A DNA stretch of 64,000 bases, taken from assembly GCA_034780895.1 (NCBI GenBank), contig JAUZTB010000107.1, positions 79,784,162-79,848,161 on the forward strand. Reading direction: 5' to 3'. A model generated the notes under the pieces. It had not been told where the DNA came from and searched no databases. It worked only from the letters and a program-made list of their open reading frames with translations. Positions 37,548 to 51,349 of the stretch are shown here, in pieces. Origin of the DNA: Rhynchobatus australiae (lineage: Eukaryota). Each line of letters opens with the position of its first letter. The first letter of the stretch is position 1. A program made the translations under genes and the position numbers.

Positions 37548-40500
37548 TTCATTAGATAACAAGGGAAGAGCAAAATGGCTAGACTGAGCAGCAATGCCCA
37601 CCCACAAGGAATTAATTTTTAAATAGCAGTGCACAATTCTAATTTACAGAAAGGAACATGAAATATGATGATCAAATACCCATCAGACAGAACGGCAAAA
37701 AGGAATCCTGATTATTGAGGGCAGGTTATCAGAATTGAACATGGGACATTGAAGGTCACTGGAGCTTTATTTGATTATCTCAGAGCTTTTGTACTGAATC
37801 TATAAGGTTTATATTGTACACAACATCAGAAAAAGTGCACATGATGTCCAAATGGCCCCTTCAGTGTTGCCAGATGTTGTTGTGTTCTCATGTAAATAAT
37901 TCTTAAGTGAATATTTATGCATTTGGATGATCCTTGTTGGAGTAAAAAATGTTTAAATTTTATAACTGCTGAGGAAATTTTAAACTGCCTTCAGTTTTGA
38001 GAGAATAATTAAGCTCATAACCTGTCGAGCAGTCAGTTTCTTATGAGTTCTGCATGATTGAGGTTTATCCCTCAGAGCACTCAGTGCCCTTTGCAGATTC
38101 CAAGTGATGCATATCCTTTCTGTCATATAAACTCTGTAAAAAATTGCTTTCTGTGAACTTTTAGAACTCAATATTGTCAGTAGCAAAATTATCTCAAGAG
38201 CTTAGTCATGTTGGCTTAAAAGAGCAAAGCTACCCTTCTCAACAAGGCATGCAACCATCCCATGTTAGTGTGACTAGACTGTATACACAGGCTGACAGGT
38301 CATGATGAGTTTATTTGCATTTGACTGAAAATGGGAGCTCAACACCTGCCAGTTTATTCAGAGTTCTATTAAACTGTTAAAGGGAGCATCTTAAAGATTT
38401 AAAGCTTGATAAAGCAGGATCACCTCTTAATATCTAGCAGTGAGGAAAAGTGAATACCATGTTTTGGTTGAATGAGTTTGAAGAGAGAAAATTTTGTTGC
38501 ATTCAGTGACATTATCTAGACTTTTTCAAAGGAGCTTCCTGTAGTATCTCAGTGCCATTAATGAAAATACCTTTGTGTACAACAGAGATAAATCCTGCAA
38601 ATTCAGTCTGCAGATGTGACCCTGAGCTTCTAGTAGTCTGTAACTTTATTTCTCCATCCCATTTCCACTCTGAAGGATCATTTTGTGACTTCCTGCACTG
38701 GTCTGATAATGACCAAGGGAATCAAAGGATAAAGGGTTAGTACTAGAAAGTGGAACTAAAGTTAAATATCAGCCATGATTTTACTGAGTGGTGGACCAAG
38801 CAAGAGGGGCCATGTAGGGTACTCATACTTATATTTCTTAATTCTTTGCCAAGTTGCATCCTACAGACTCTCTCTCTATGATGGTTATTTTTTTGTGTAC
38901 ATAGATCAAAAGGGCATCTCTAAGCTTAAAATAACCTAAGTATTGAATTTAACTACTTGTAAATACCTGATATATTCTATAATACAGCATGGAAGTCAGT
39001 TGTTTGACCCAGCTTCCTGTTCTGATTCTGAGAGGTCTATCTATTCCTATCTCTCCCTTGTTCTCTTCCCACGGGCCTGCAAACCTTTCCCCTTCAACTG
39101 CTCATGCAATTCCCATTTGACTGTTAATATAGAATCTCCTTCCATAACCATTTTACTCAAATTTTATTGATGCCCCCTTCAATATTTTAGATGCTAAAAT
39201 ACTCTTTAAAAATGTGTTTTAAACCAGCAAAAACTTTAACAATTCATAAATATTTTTGAGGCAAATTTGCAATACATGAGTGACAATAATGTAGTAATAA
39301 TTTGCCAATTTTGTTTCACTAGTGACCAGACTACTTGGTGAGTTACTGAAAACTATTTTTGGACACGAGGGAAATATATTTTTGATGCCAACAATANNNN
39401 NNNNNNNNNNNNNNNNNNNNNNNNNNNNNCATTCAAACATTGCAATGCCACTAACATCAGCGTGATTAACAAATAATTCTAATTACCTGCCGTGAGCTAT
39501 CCACTTGAGTTTTATTATTTTGTGAATATTTAACTTTAAAAATGTAGCAATCATCAAAGGATGTTAATGGGTGTTGGAATATAGCTGACTGATTACAAAA
39601 TGTTTCTTCTTTTTCAGTGCCTTGTATGTGATTTCAGACTTAAACATGCCTCTGTTTGATTGATCTATGGACCTTTTATTTAAGCAAACCATGGAATGAT
39701 GAGCTCGAAGACATCATTGAGTCCTACAAAAGAAAGAGATACTCCTCACTAAATCTCTGCTAGCAGTCATTCTAAATCTGATCCAGCTCAAGATACAAGC
39801 AAAGTGTTTCTGCCAGTCTTCCATGCCTTCAGTTGCTGCTGATTTACATTATCTAGCATGTTTTAACTTCTATGCTGTTCTGTCACAGACACCAGGGAAT
39901 CATGTTGTTGTAGAATTGCTGTTGTTCAAGTTTGAATAGCTCACCTGCCAAAATCTCATAGCCTTGAGGCCTAAACTCAATTTGACAGAGATGGTGTTTT
40001 TTTAGACTGGAGTAGGTTTAATTCCTCAAGGGTTTCATTGCATTTCTGCATAAAAATAGAATGCTATTTTAATGTTATAGTTGTTTATTATTTTAGGAAC
40101 ACTATAACGGGAGAAGTAGTCAATGAACTTGAATTTTCTTTTCTTCTACTTTGCAATGCAGTTTAGATATTGAGAGGAAATTAAGAGGAATACACTTTGT
40201 TAAATAGTTTCTTGGTGTTTCCATTAAAACAGATTTAACCATATTTAAGATAATTTTGAAGATCCCCAGTAAAATGAAAGTCAGGCATTTTGCTTTTTCT
40301 TGCTTTATGAGCAACTAGGGTGACAATACTGACAGGGAGAGATACCTGCATTCTTACATAGATCCAATTATTTTATATTTGCACCATGCAACACAGAAAA
40401 TGTATTAGACAGTATGTGATGGATAATATATTTGTGCATAAGGAGTTAGAATGCCCTGCTTCAGCAAAACTAATTGGCTTTAGAGGCAGTAGTAGCAAAT

Positions 40501-42784
40501 GATGAGTTGTGGACATGACTACCATTGAAAAATCTCTGGGAAGTATTTACAGGCGACAAAGATACACAGGCTTTCATAGACCTGGCGTTATCTAGGTGTA
40601 AAATACCAAATTCTGATCATGTTGCTTATGATGAGTCAGAGGATTGGATTAGGGAACTGATTTAAAACAGAAGGGTTTGGGCAGACAGTTAATGAAGCAT
40701 GAAAGAGGTGTGTAGTGTTTGGTTCCAGAAAAATAATGTTTCATTTACCCATTGAGGTGGAAGCATCACAATATATTTTTTCTTCATTTATTTCCCAATA
40801 AATCTCAGATTATATATTTGGAGAGAAAGATCTCCCAGGATCCTAGGGCTTCTTTATTACTTAATCTGAGTGNNNNNNNNNNNNNNNNNNNNNNNNNNNN
40901 NNNNNNNNNNNNNNNNNNNNNNNNNNNNNNNNNNNNNNAATCCAAATGGAAATGTTACATTGCAACTCTAGAGCAAACCTGAGTAATTTTCCTAAGAGAG
41001 AGTGAGAAGACCAAAGAAGTAGTGGGAGGAAACCTGTTGTTAGAACAGTAAGCAAATACATCGGTTGCTGCAGTAATATAAATGAATAAACCCTGACGCA
41101 TGCATTTTGCTGGAATTACACCTGAATATCAAAAATATATTTTTTATACTTTGATCAAAAATGAGATGTATTTATCTTTACTTTGAATTGCTGTGTTCTA
41201 ATTTCCTGGTGTTGTGCAGCAAGTATTTTATAGCTCTTATGAATAAGCAGTCTTATTCCTAATCATAAACACAAGTTGTAAACACAGGCATTTTATTAAA
41301 TTAGAAGCTTTATTTCCAGTGCAGTTTCTAATTTATGTAGGATCGAAGTTGGCAATGAAGCATTTTACAATCAGTATTGATAGGCATTGCTATTTATTAA
41401 GTTGGTGTTTCAAGTAACCTCAGTTTTCAATGGAAGGTTAATGCTTTTGTTCTGCCCAGTTAAAAATGAAAAGAAAATAAACTCATTGGATGCAACAGAG
41501 GGGCAAAATTTAACAAATGTGAAGTATTTGGTTTTCAGTTTCATGAGTGAAATGAATGATGGATGAGAAAATTTATCCAGATGTGGATGAATATCTGGAA
41601 AATAATTACTGCTTTGAAACCTTACCTCTTTTTGGAAAAAAGTAAAGAAAACACTTAGAACCTNNNNNNNNNNNNNNNNNNNNNNNNNNNNNGGAGCAGG
41701 AGCAGGTGTTATAAAAATAATCTGGCTAGTGCCAGTATTGGCTTTCTTCCCACTCGCCTCCTTCTCCCACGAGTATTTGTGTCATCTCTGCATCCCAGTG
41801 AAGCATCCATTGTGCAATTTGCTGGTAGTGGGAGGGCCTGACCTGGCAAGTGGCATGAGGATGCCCATTTGATGAAGCAGGGTGCTGAGGAGTTTGATGA
41901 ATAGGCACCATTTCATTTATTTAACTGAACCCTGCTAGCATGCTCTACCTATAGCCACACTAGTGAATATCAATCCCACTCTATGGAACATGTTTTACAT
42001 GGGTAAAAAGTTCTAATGCTCAACCATTGCAGTAAATCTTAACTCAGATATCTGGNNNNNNNNNNAAACAAGGCAATAAAATGGCTGGACCTCTACCTTC
42101 TGCACTTATTCCAGAAATGAATTGAGTATTTCTGATTCTTTTCTGAACTCATGACAGGGCAGTATTATTCTAATACTTGAGTTAAAATCCAATGCTCCTG
42201 ATTTTATAAATATCGCTGAAAATCCAGGTACATGATAAGACTTAATCCCTTTGTGCATTTCTGCCTGAGATTGTGATTTGATGTTGCATTTTTAACAGAA
42301 TTCTTAAAAGAAAGTTATGGCCAATTATGGATGGTTAGCTGCAGGTCAGTTTGTCTGAACTGTTAATTACAGATCAGTGATTGAACATAAAGGAGAAATA
42401 AATACCTTTTCATTTTCATTCTCAATCCATCATATGAAATTGTCTTGATGAGTTATGTTCATGAAATAGACCATTTTTAAACTTTGAGTACCTAACTTCA
42501 GCCGATTTTCTCCGAAGGCATGCATTAATTGCAGTTGAATTGAGTGAGACAAAACTGAGTGACAGTGTTATTCATATAGTATGTATAGTATGAATTAGAA
42601 AATAGAGAAAAATGAAGCAGCAAGAAAATATTGCATTCAGGGGTTTCAATGAAGAGAGGGTATTTCATTATCAATGTGTATTTTATGTTAAATTTCTAAA
42701 GCTGTCTGATTTCTACATAAGTGGGACATTTGAGGGTGGGGTGGGGGAGGAGGGATTGGTATGTTACTAACTCTTCTGTGAACT

Positions 42785-43835
42785 TCAAGTCAGACCGTTC
42801 TTGTTTAAAATCCCACTTAAGCACAAAAATCCAAGCTGATATTTCACTGCAATGCTAAAGGAGTGCAACAATCTTGGCAGTATTATCTTCCAGGAAAATA
42901 ATATTAAACTGATGCCCCATTTGGTTTCTCGTGTTGATGCACAAGATACCAAGCAAATCTGTGTTCTGGCCAGAGTATTTATCCCTCGTCATATCAGAGA
43001 TAGGAATGCTGAAGCTTGCTTGGAGTCGCCAGCAGTCATGCCAAGCTACTAACATTTTCTCCGTAAGGCGTCAGGAAGTGAGGGACTCCCAAGAAAATGC
43101 AAAAGCCCCAAATTTACTGCCTGCTTTTCGGTAGGATATTGCTGATTGCACCATGACACTGGACATCTCATGGTCTCTAGAGTATTATTCCTACACTGAG
43201 AAATCTGCCTGCTGAACCAGTGCAGGGTTAAAACTGGCACAGGGACAGCAAGTCCATTCATTTCAACAGCTATAAGGAGCAAGGATATACTTTTGGCCAT
43301 TTGTAATTTTAGAATTGGTTGAGGGCACATAAATGAATTTTATTGTTTGAAAGCTTGTGTTTTATTTTTATTTTAAAAATGCAATAAATTTTAATATGGT
43401 TTAATTTTTTTCTTTGAATTTTAATAAACTTAGAAAGTTTCTTGATTTCAAGGACATTCAGAAATAATCAAAGACCTTGACATGTCTGACAACCAACTAA
43501 TTGGCACCAAAGCTTAACTGGGTGTCAATTTTTTTTTAGCTATTTTTCTGACAGAGCTTGTTCAGGCCCACACCTGCAAAGGCTTTCAATTTCTTGTGGT
43601 CTTGATACTAAGTAAGTATGTACTTTCTATAAAGGTCAGCAGCGAGAGCAGGCACCTTGCTACTGGCAGCAAGGTCAGGCCCATTATTTGGACTTTATCA
43701 GATTGCTATTTATGGGAGTTCACTATGTGAAAGTTGTTTGCCATGTTTCCAATCTGACTGTTGTTCAAGAGTACTCTATAGGCTACAAAGTACTGTAGAA
43801 CATCATGAAAGTTACTACGTAAATGTATGTCCTTT
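42785..43835 (+). mobile_element. DeuSINE (SacSINE1-like) relic split by a ~700-bp unclassified insertion
   Basis: 5' part 'gcacaaaaatccaagctgat…ctggccagagtatttatccctc' (to ~42987); 3' part 'atcagattgctatttatgggagtt…ggctacaaagtactgtagaacatc…taaatgtatgtcctttt' (from ~43685). Confidence 0.6.
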
Positions 43836-43911
43836 TAGTACAAATATATACATAAATTCATCATTATTTATTTATCAGTTATAATGCAACAGGTATATTA
43901 CTCTTTTTCAG

Positions 43912-44043
43912 GAGGTGGAACATGTTCTGCAGAATAATGCTGTGGCTTATATCAACCTATTCAAACCTGTTGTAGGAAATGGAAGCTTGAAAGCTGTTGC
44001 GTCACCTTCTCTTCGGCAACTGGCAGCAGATGTTATAAACACG
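43912..44043 (+). CDS. NAALADL2: NAALADL2 internal coding exon (132 bp, phase 0-0)
   Basis: Acceptor ctctttttcag|(43912) and donor ACG|gtatgt(44044). It encodes EVEHVLQNNAVAYINLFKPVVGNGSLKAVASPSLRQLAADVINT, similar to recalled human NAALADL2 VLQKNVVAYISLHSPIRGNSSLYPVASPSLQQL. It is absent from the ORF track (short, no ATG) and in frame with the previous exon. Confidence 0.94.
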
Positions 44044-47000
44044 GTATGTCCCTTCATAGACTTGTCCAATATGTCATGCATATTAAGCAAATAATTTATT
44101 TATGATTTGCTTGCATTGATCAGATGGGTAAATATTGTAAAATAGTAGCATAACAACAGATATTTTGTGAATGTGGTCAATCAGCACANNNNNNNNNNNN
44201 NNNNNNNNNNNNNNNNNNNNNNNNNNNNNNNNNNNNNNNNNNNNNNNNNNNNNNNNNNNNNNNNNNNNNNNNNNNNNNNNNNNNNNNNNNNNNNNNNNNN
44301 NNNNNNNNNNNNNNNNNNNNNNNNNNNNNNNNNNNNNNNNNNNNNNNNNNNNNNNNNNNNNNNNNNNNNNNNNNNNNNNNNNNNNNNNNNNNNNNNNNNN
44401 NNNNNNNNNNNNNNNNNNNNNNNNNNNNNNNNNNNNNNNNNNNNNNNNNNNNNNNNNNNNNNNNNNNNNNNNNNNNNNNNNNNNNNNNNNNNNNNNNNNN
44501 NNNNNNNNNNNNNNNNNNNNNNNNNNNNNNNNNNNNNNNNNNNNNNNNNNNNNNNNNNNNNNNNNNNNNNNNNNNNNNNNNNNNNNNNNNNNNNNNNNNN
44601 NNNNNNNNNNNNNNNNNNNNNNNNNNNNNNNNNNNNNNNNNNNGAAAGAAACCTGAGAGTGATAAGAATCAGTTTCTTACAATGAGGCTAATTTTAAAAG
44701 GTAATAGCATGTTAAAATATAATGCCGGAATACATGAATATAATTCTAAAGAGTTATGCTGAGGATTTATAATGCACTGATGATACTTCATTTGAAATTA
44801 TTTATGCTAATTTGATTGCTGTGGTACAAGATAAACATGCATTAGAAAGGGTTCAGAAATGATCAACAAGACTAATCCCAATGTAGATAGCTCTGCAGAA
44901 TGATTGGGAAAGCTTATGTTTCATAGTCTGCAAAAAAAAATTTAAGAAGTGGGCTCATTATGTTATATATGGGAGAGTTTTAACTGGGTGTTATCCATGA
45001 CAGGGACACAATATGTGCTCCAATTCTCACTTACTTTGAGTGGTATTAATGAGTCTCAACTTTCAGCTCAAATTCATTTGCAAATGATTGAATAGAAAAT
45101 CAGTCATGAGCCAGTGCAATGAACAGGTTTTTAGAATATTCCTGGTGTAGCTTGACATTTTGAGAGAAATTTATCACAAATAATGCATTTTAATTGACTA
45201 GGCCATCTATGAGCAACTGAATTTTAAATAATTGGAAATGACTTCACAAAATTTTAAGGAACTATTTGCTGGCGCTTTGTGTCTGTGGAGCAATTGGGTC
45301 CAATTATCTGCCTTGATGACAAGTCTTTCTTACGTCTTGGTCTTAGCTTTGGGTCTAAAAAGATCAAAGAGGAAGCCATTGAGTCTGTCCCGTTTGTATA
45401 TTCCTTGAGTCAAGTCCCTTGCAATGTAACAGATCTTGTAAAAAGAACAGGGTGAAGAGCAATGGGGCACATTCCCAACCTATTTCATTCCATTTGAAAT
45501 CATAAAAGCATTACAGAGAACTCAAGTGTTGTGAAGCTTCCTTGATTTGTCCAGTTCAGTTTTAATCAGAGTTAGTTTCTTTATAAGATAAAAATAATAA
45601 TTTTCATAGCTTTAGAAGTACACCTATTATCTGTCTTTGCTCTTTTAAAAAAATACAATTTTAAAGAAATCCCCAAAGGGCCACAACCAATACAATCAGC
45701 AAATTTTTACAATTAGGGCACATTTTGTTCAACAGGACTTCAATGTTTCTTAAATAGTGTGACTGCATCATTGACTAGATCACTTGTATCATTATACACA
45801 TGTGTGCCTCAAATAAACCACACATTTTTTAGCACTTTCCATGTTTTCTGTGTATTACATTGCATGTTACTTCTCTAATAGACTAGGAACCCACAAGGAC
45901 ATATACATTACACTGGTAACAAGAGTAGGAAGGAACAAAAAGGAGCTACTTGAAACAATGAAGTAATTGGACTGTATACTCATTTTGGCAGAATAATTCT
46001 ATAGATTCATGATTAGTCACAATAACTTCGCTGTGCAAACTTCAACTGACAAGACTTGAAGATCAGAGGAGAAATAAATGGTAGTATGTGGAATATAAGT
46101 CTTGTAACCGCTAAAGAGAGAACAGAGCAAGATGGCAGCTTAGATCCAATCCTGCCAAGTCAGGAGCCTTGACTTATATGTTCTTCAGGGAATACAATTT
46201 TCTAAAATCGCCAATAACGATGAAAAAGTCTCAAAACAAAGCCACATGAAAAATTAGAAAGCAGTCTTACTAATGGGGAGATGCTGGATCACATGCATCC
46301 CTTTCAAACAACTCTTGGCACCACAGAAGATGAATGATATTTCAATCGAGGAGTTGGTAGAGAGATTAAATCATCACTTTAATTGAGCTATTTTGGAGAT
46401 CGTAGAAAGTACAAATTCTGAACTGAAAACCAAACATCATGTAAGACCATTACTGATTAAATAGTCATGTAAAAGAATTTATCTCAACCCAATTTTGATG
46501 CCCTCCTGAATTGACTGCTGCACAACATGTTTATATGCAGTTAATGGATGAGCAAATTCATATAAAAACAATTAAATATTGAGCATCCAAGCACAACAAC
46601 AGAACAGATGCATTATCAGGATTGCCTTAAGAAGACACTGATACTGACATAGAGAATGCAATATTCATACTACAGGCAATTGAGGATGATTTTCCTGTAT
46701 CATTTGTGAAGGTAGTGAAATTGATGCAAGAGGATTTAGTTTTATCTAAGTCTGCATTTTGGGAGCACTAATTCAGAGGCATATTTGGATGAGAAGCTAA
46801 AAACTTTCTATCAGAGATGTTACACAAGCCATCCACAAATCAATACTTTGTCAGCTTGGGTCCATGGAGTGTTTTTTTTTATCAAAGAAGGGTGAAGAAT
46901 GGGTTAAGAGAGAGGTGTATGAGAGAAGGAGAAAGGCAGAAAGCAGTGTCAGAGTGCTCATCTGTCTGTGCCAAGAGAATGTGCAGCAAATCAAGCCAAA

Positions 47001-47534
47001 CTCAGATTTCAGAAAGGAACCAGGTCTAGTCTCCATGCTGGGAGGCTGCTATATATCTTTTTCTCTTCTCCCTCCCCTCTCTTCCCCATTTCCTCTTTAT
47101 TCCTCCATTTGCTTCTCTCTGCCTTTCCTCTCTTCCCTTGCTCTCTTTCTGCCCTACCTCCTGCCTCACCTGCTCTCTGTCTAATCCCAATCTACCTCCC
47201 TATACCACACTTTTCCCAGTTCGAATAGAACTTCAATAAAACAAGCATACCTCTTCTAGCTTTTCACGTTTCCTGTGCCCTATCCTGCATGTTACATCTC
47301 TGCAGACCAAGAACTCACAAGGGCATGTATATTGCAAGAAAAGACAGCAAATGTAATGTTGTTAGAATTGTAATGAGAGAACAAAAGAAAGCTGGATATA
47401 GTATAGCTATTTTGTCATTGGTTTAACAAGAAGGTACATTAAGAAGTCTCATGGGATAACAATGACACCATCATATAGCCTCATAGATTTTCTTTTCTTT
47501 TTAAGTAGATATCACCCATCATTGTATAACAGCA

Positions 47535-48165
47535 AAACACTATTGATGCTGGAAATAGGAGAAGGAACCGAAAATGCTGGAAGTAACTCAGCAGATCACG
47601 AAGTATCTGTGGAGAGAGAATTGGTGATAATGTTTCAAGAACTGTGAAAGATTAGAGAGAGACAAGTTTTAAGAAACAGAGAAAGGAGGAAGTCTGCAAT
47701 AGGCTGGAAGAACATAACACAAGAAAATAGGAACAAGTTAGGCCACCCTGCCTTTCAACAGCTTATCTGCCTTAGACCTCAATTCAAAACAAAAACAGAA
47801 TGCTGAAAGAGCTCAGTGAGTCAAGCAGCATCTGTGAAGGTAAAGGTGTAAGTCAACATTTCAGGTTGAGTCCCTGCATCAAGAATGAGAGAGAACAGGA
47901 AAGATTGGCAGCATATAGCAGTATGTAGGGGATGGAGTGGTAACTGGTAGATGACAGGTGAAACCAGATGGGGAGGGGATGATGGGCTGATGGAACCAGA
48001 AGGGAGAAGCAAACTAGATAGGGAGGGGAGTGTGCATGAGGAGAGCACAGGATGTGTGGGTTACCTGAAATTGGACAGTGCAAAATTCATACCATTGGGT
48101 TGTAAGCTATCGAAACAGAAACTGAGGTGGTCTTCCAATTCGCTTTTAGCCTCTCAGTAGCTTTG
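47535..48165 (-). mobile_element. Two adjacent Penelope-like terminal fragments
   Basis: Termini 'gatgctggaaat…aaatgctggaagtaactcagcag' and 'aatgctgaaagagctcagtgagtcaagcagcatctgtg'. The minus strand at ~48060-48155 reads ELEDHLSFCFDSLQPNGMNFALSNFR*. Confidence 0.7.
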
Positions 48166-49299
48166 CAAAACGTTCGCCTAATCTATGCTTGGTTTCACCA
48201 ACGGAGAGGAAGTCACATCCCTTGCACTGAGTGTAGTTGACCAGGGTGGAAGAGGTTCAGGNNNNNNNNNNNNNNNNNNNNNNNNNNNNNNNNNNNNNNN
48301 NNNNNNNNNNNNNNNNNNNNNNNNNNNNNNNNNNNNNNNNNNNNNNNNNNNNNNNNNNNNNNNNNNNNNNNNNNNNNNNNNNNNNNNNNNNNNNNNNNNN
48401 NNNNNNNNNNNNNNNNNNNNNNNNNNNNNNNNCACCTCTCAAGATCCCACACTTGCCTAAGCTACCTTCTTTTTATATATCCATAGAAGCCCTTGCTTTT
48501 GTTTTGATATTACTTGCCTGCTTCTCTAATGGCCAGTTTTCCCCTCCTTATTAACTTCTTCTGGTTCTTGTGAATTCCTAAGTTAACTGTAGATGGTTCA
48601 TCTTTCTCCTGGAATTTCTCTATCTTAATTCAGATAAATTTCAACTGAATATTATGAACTAGTTGTTAGATATCTGCCACTACTCATCCACTGGCCTGTC
48701 CCTAGGCCAGTTTATTTGATGGCTGTGAGGTGATTTGATGGAGGAAGAGGTGATGTTCATGAAACCATGTAAGCATTGGAGCAGTGTAGAAACCAAGAGG
48801 GAGGTGTGCGTGCATTCAGTCTTCTTGATAAGTTCTTGCACAAAGGCTCTGAGGTGAAGAACAAGTCAGGGCACATAATCAGCATAGAACAAAGCTTAGC
48901 AGCGAATCTTTCTTTGTCCATTATGACTTGTGGAAACAATTCTGACTATCAGGCAATGCCTCCAGTTAAGGGATGGGTGCAGTTCTTATGCCTGTAATGG
49001 AATCAAGCTACCAATGCATATGCTTCCATCATGTCTGTCTGTCTATCACTTTTATTCAATATCAGTAATTTCTAGTTGGCAGCTGTTTCATCCTGGTCAC
49101 AGACCATAAACCCATCATGGTCATTTTTGGACCAAAGTGGCCATTACATGTGGACGATCATTCAGTCACACCTGCACCACTTTACTGAGCACTGCACATT
49201 AAAGCAGAATGCCTCAATGGTTGTGCTGATGCAGCTGCTTTAAACAGAGGCAATATCTAAGTTGGTACAGGGCATTTTTTTTAACTTACAAGTTGTTGA

Positions 49300-50290
49300 T
49301 GCTGATTTTCTGATGTTGGCAATAAAGATGGCCAGAGCTGTAAGTGTATCAAAGATACAGGCCATCCCCAGGTAATGAATGGGTTCAAATTTTACAGATG
49401 TCCTTAAGTTAGAAAATACACAAAGGCCACTTGATGTGGTAAGCATACCTCCACAGTATTGTAATGAATGGCATCAAAAGCACATAAGCCTGTTAAGAAA
49501 GAACAATTACTAAAAATGGAGAGAAAGGGGAAACTAGTTTTGCCTTTCATAGGAATGAATGTATGCATGTTGGACTTTTGAGTTTAATGATATAATGGGA
49601 ACTTCTTTATATCTAGGAGTGTCCATTAGATGGGCATTTGTAACCCGGGACAGCTTGTACCTTGTGAGGTTCGAGTGAATTGAATATCAGAGTGAGTGAT
49701 GACATCATATCCTTCTGGTGAGATGAGGTTGCCACATAATGGTAATTCTGAAGGTGCCACAAGTGCGTGCACGAAAAAATGCTCATGCACAGAATATGGG
49801 AATCATTCACATGAAGGCAGTGATCAACAGCTATATGCTCTGGCCTGGGATTGATCAGGACATTGAAACTCTAATGAAATCCTACTTGATGTATCAGGCT
49901 CACAGGCTTCAGCTGCTTAGCACTCAGATGCAAACATAGAGGAGGCCAGACTGTCCTTTCCATCTTGATTGTTTTCAATGGAATAGAGTATTTCTTCTAT
50001 GGTAAATTGAATTGATTGGCTATGATGCCTTTTAGGTCATAAATTGGACCACAGCGACTCATTTATCACAACCCATGGCCTTCCCAGGAAGAAGTTTCTG
50101 ACAATAGTCCAGAGTTCAGGTGGATATATTTTGTTATGTTCCCAGGTTCCTATAGAATCTAGCATAGAATAACATCGCCACATGATCTTGTAGTAAATGG
50201 GGAGGCTGAACAATCTGTCTGCATGGTGAAGGAAACAATGAAGCTACATCTCAGCTGTACCACTGAAGGTCAGGCACAAGATCTGCCAAA
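49300..50290 (+). mobile_element. Decayed Ty3/Gypsy pol (integrase) remnant
   Basis: MGIIHMKAVINSYMLWPGIDQDIE (HHCC zinc-binding region), then HGLP/VSDNSPEF and NGEAEQSV..VK (DDE core), with frameshifts. Confidence 0.85.
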
Positions 50291-51349
50291 TCTGTTGGAA
50301 TAATTTACCGTTGCGGGCAATTTTATTCTCTTTTAAGGAAGGGTCACCCCATTAGAATATTTGTCATCATGCAGTTTAGCAAAAACAATGTACAACATCA
50401 GCTGATGATTTGTTGTTGATATTTTTCCCAGTTGCTTTTGCTTTTCCTTGGGCTGTTTGCCAAAACAGTTTTTTAAGTTTACAAGGTGTCCAACATGTAC
50501 ACCAGTACTTACATTGCACTGGATTTAATGGATGTCAGCTTTATTCCCATGTGAAAACACTTTGCATCAGAAATTGCATGTTTCATAACTTCTTCGAGGA
50601 TAACACCAGTTGCAGTTCTGTCAGTTAAACCTAAAGGAATTATTTTGTTTTTTATCAATAATTTTCCAATGTCAAAAAAGTTCCTGTCATTTCTGATCCT
50701 TGGATGGAGTTAAAAATGTTTTTTTTTGTTTGAAAGAATAATAATTTCCTTCAAAAAAAACTTGCATCTGTGCATTTATTTTGGAAGAAGAAATTCCTCA
50801 TTTCACACAGAAAATGTGATCAGGCCTATTATTTTCCATTGTCTGTAAATTGGTGGATGTGTACTATTTTGAACAATTTATCCTGTGGGATTAATTGCAT
50901 AAGAAACAATTTGCCAATCAGNNNNNNNNNNNNNNNNNNNNNNNNNNNNNNNNNNNNNNNNNNNNNNNNNNNNNNNNNNNNNNNNNNNNNNNNNNNNNNN
51001 NNNNNNNNNNNNNNNNNNNNNNNNNNNNNNNNNNNNNNNNNNNNNNNNNNNNNNNNNNNNNNNNNGATGTACTCACAAGTTCATGAATGCCTACAATCTT
51101 GTACAGTTTACTCCTGATAATATAAAGTTGTCTTTTTGGTCTGAAAAAAATCATGTTATTGAGTCATTTATATTAAGCAATTAAATTAAAATGACAGAAA
51201 GACCCTTTTAAGAGTAATTCCAATGTAAATTATACAGTAATTCAAATGAAACAACTTAGAATTAACATGAATAGAATGCATTAGCAGGCTTTTTGCTGAG
51301 TGTTCATTGAATTCCAAGATATGCTGACATTATTTATGATGGAACCATC

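Larger units (their letters stand above)
21222..43911 (+). other. NAALADL2: GT-AG intron of NAALADL2 (22,690 bp including N gaps)
   Basis: Canonical ends; the peptide is continuous across the junction (…YEWAE|EVEHVLQ…). Confidence 0.88.

Noticed and set aside
43879-43911. Possible 14-nt micro-exon (tcag|ttataatgcaacag|gtatat)
   Set aside because: It would leave a 19-nt intron, too short to splice, and would shift the frame.
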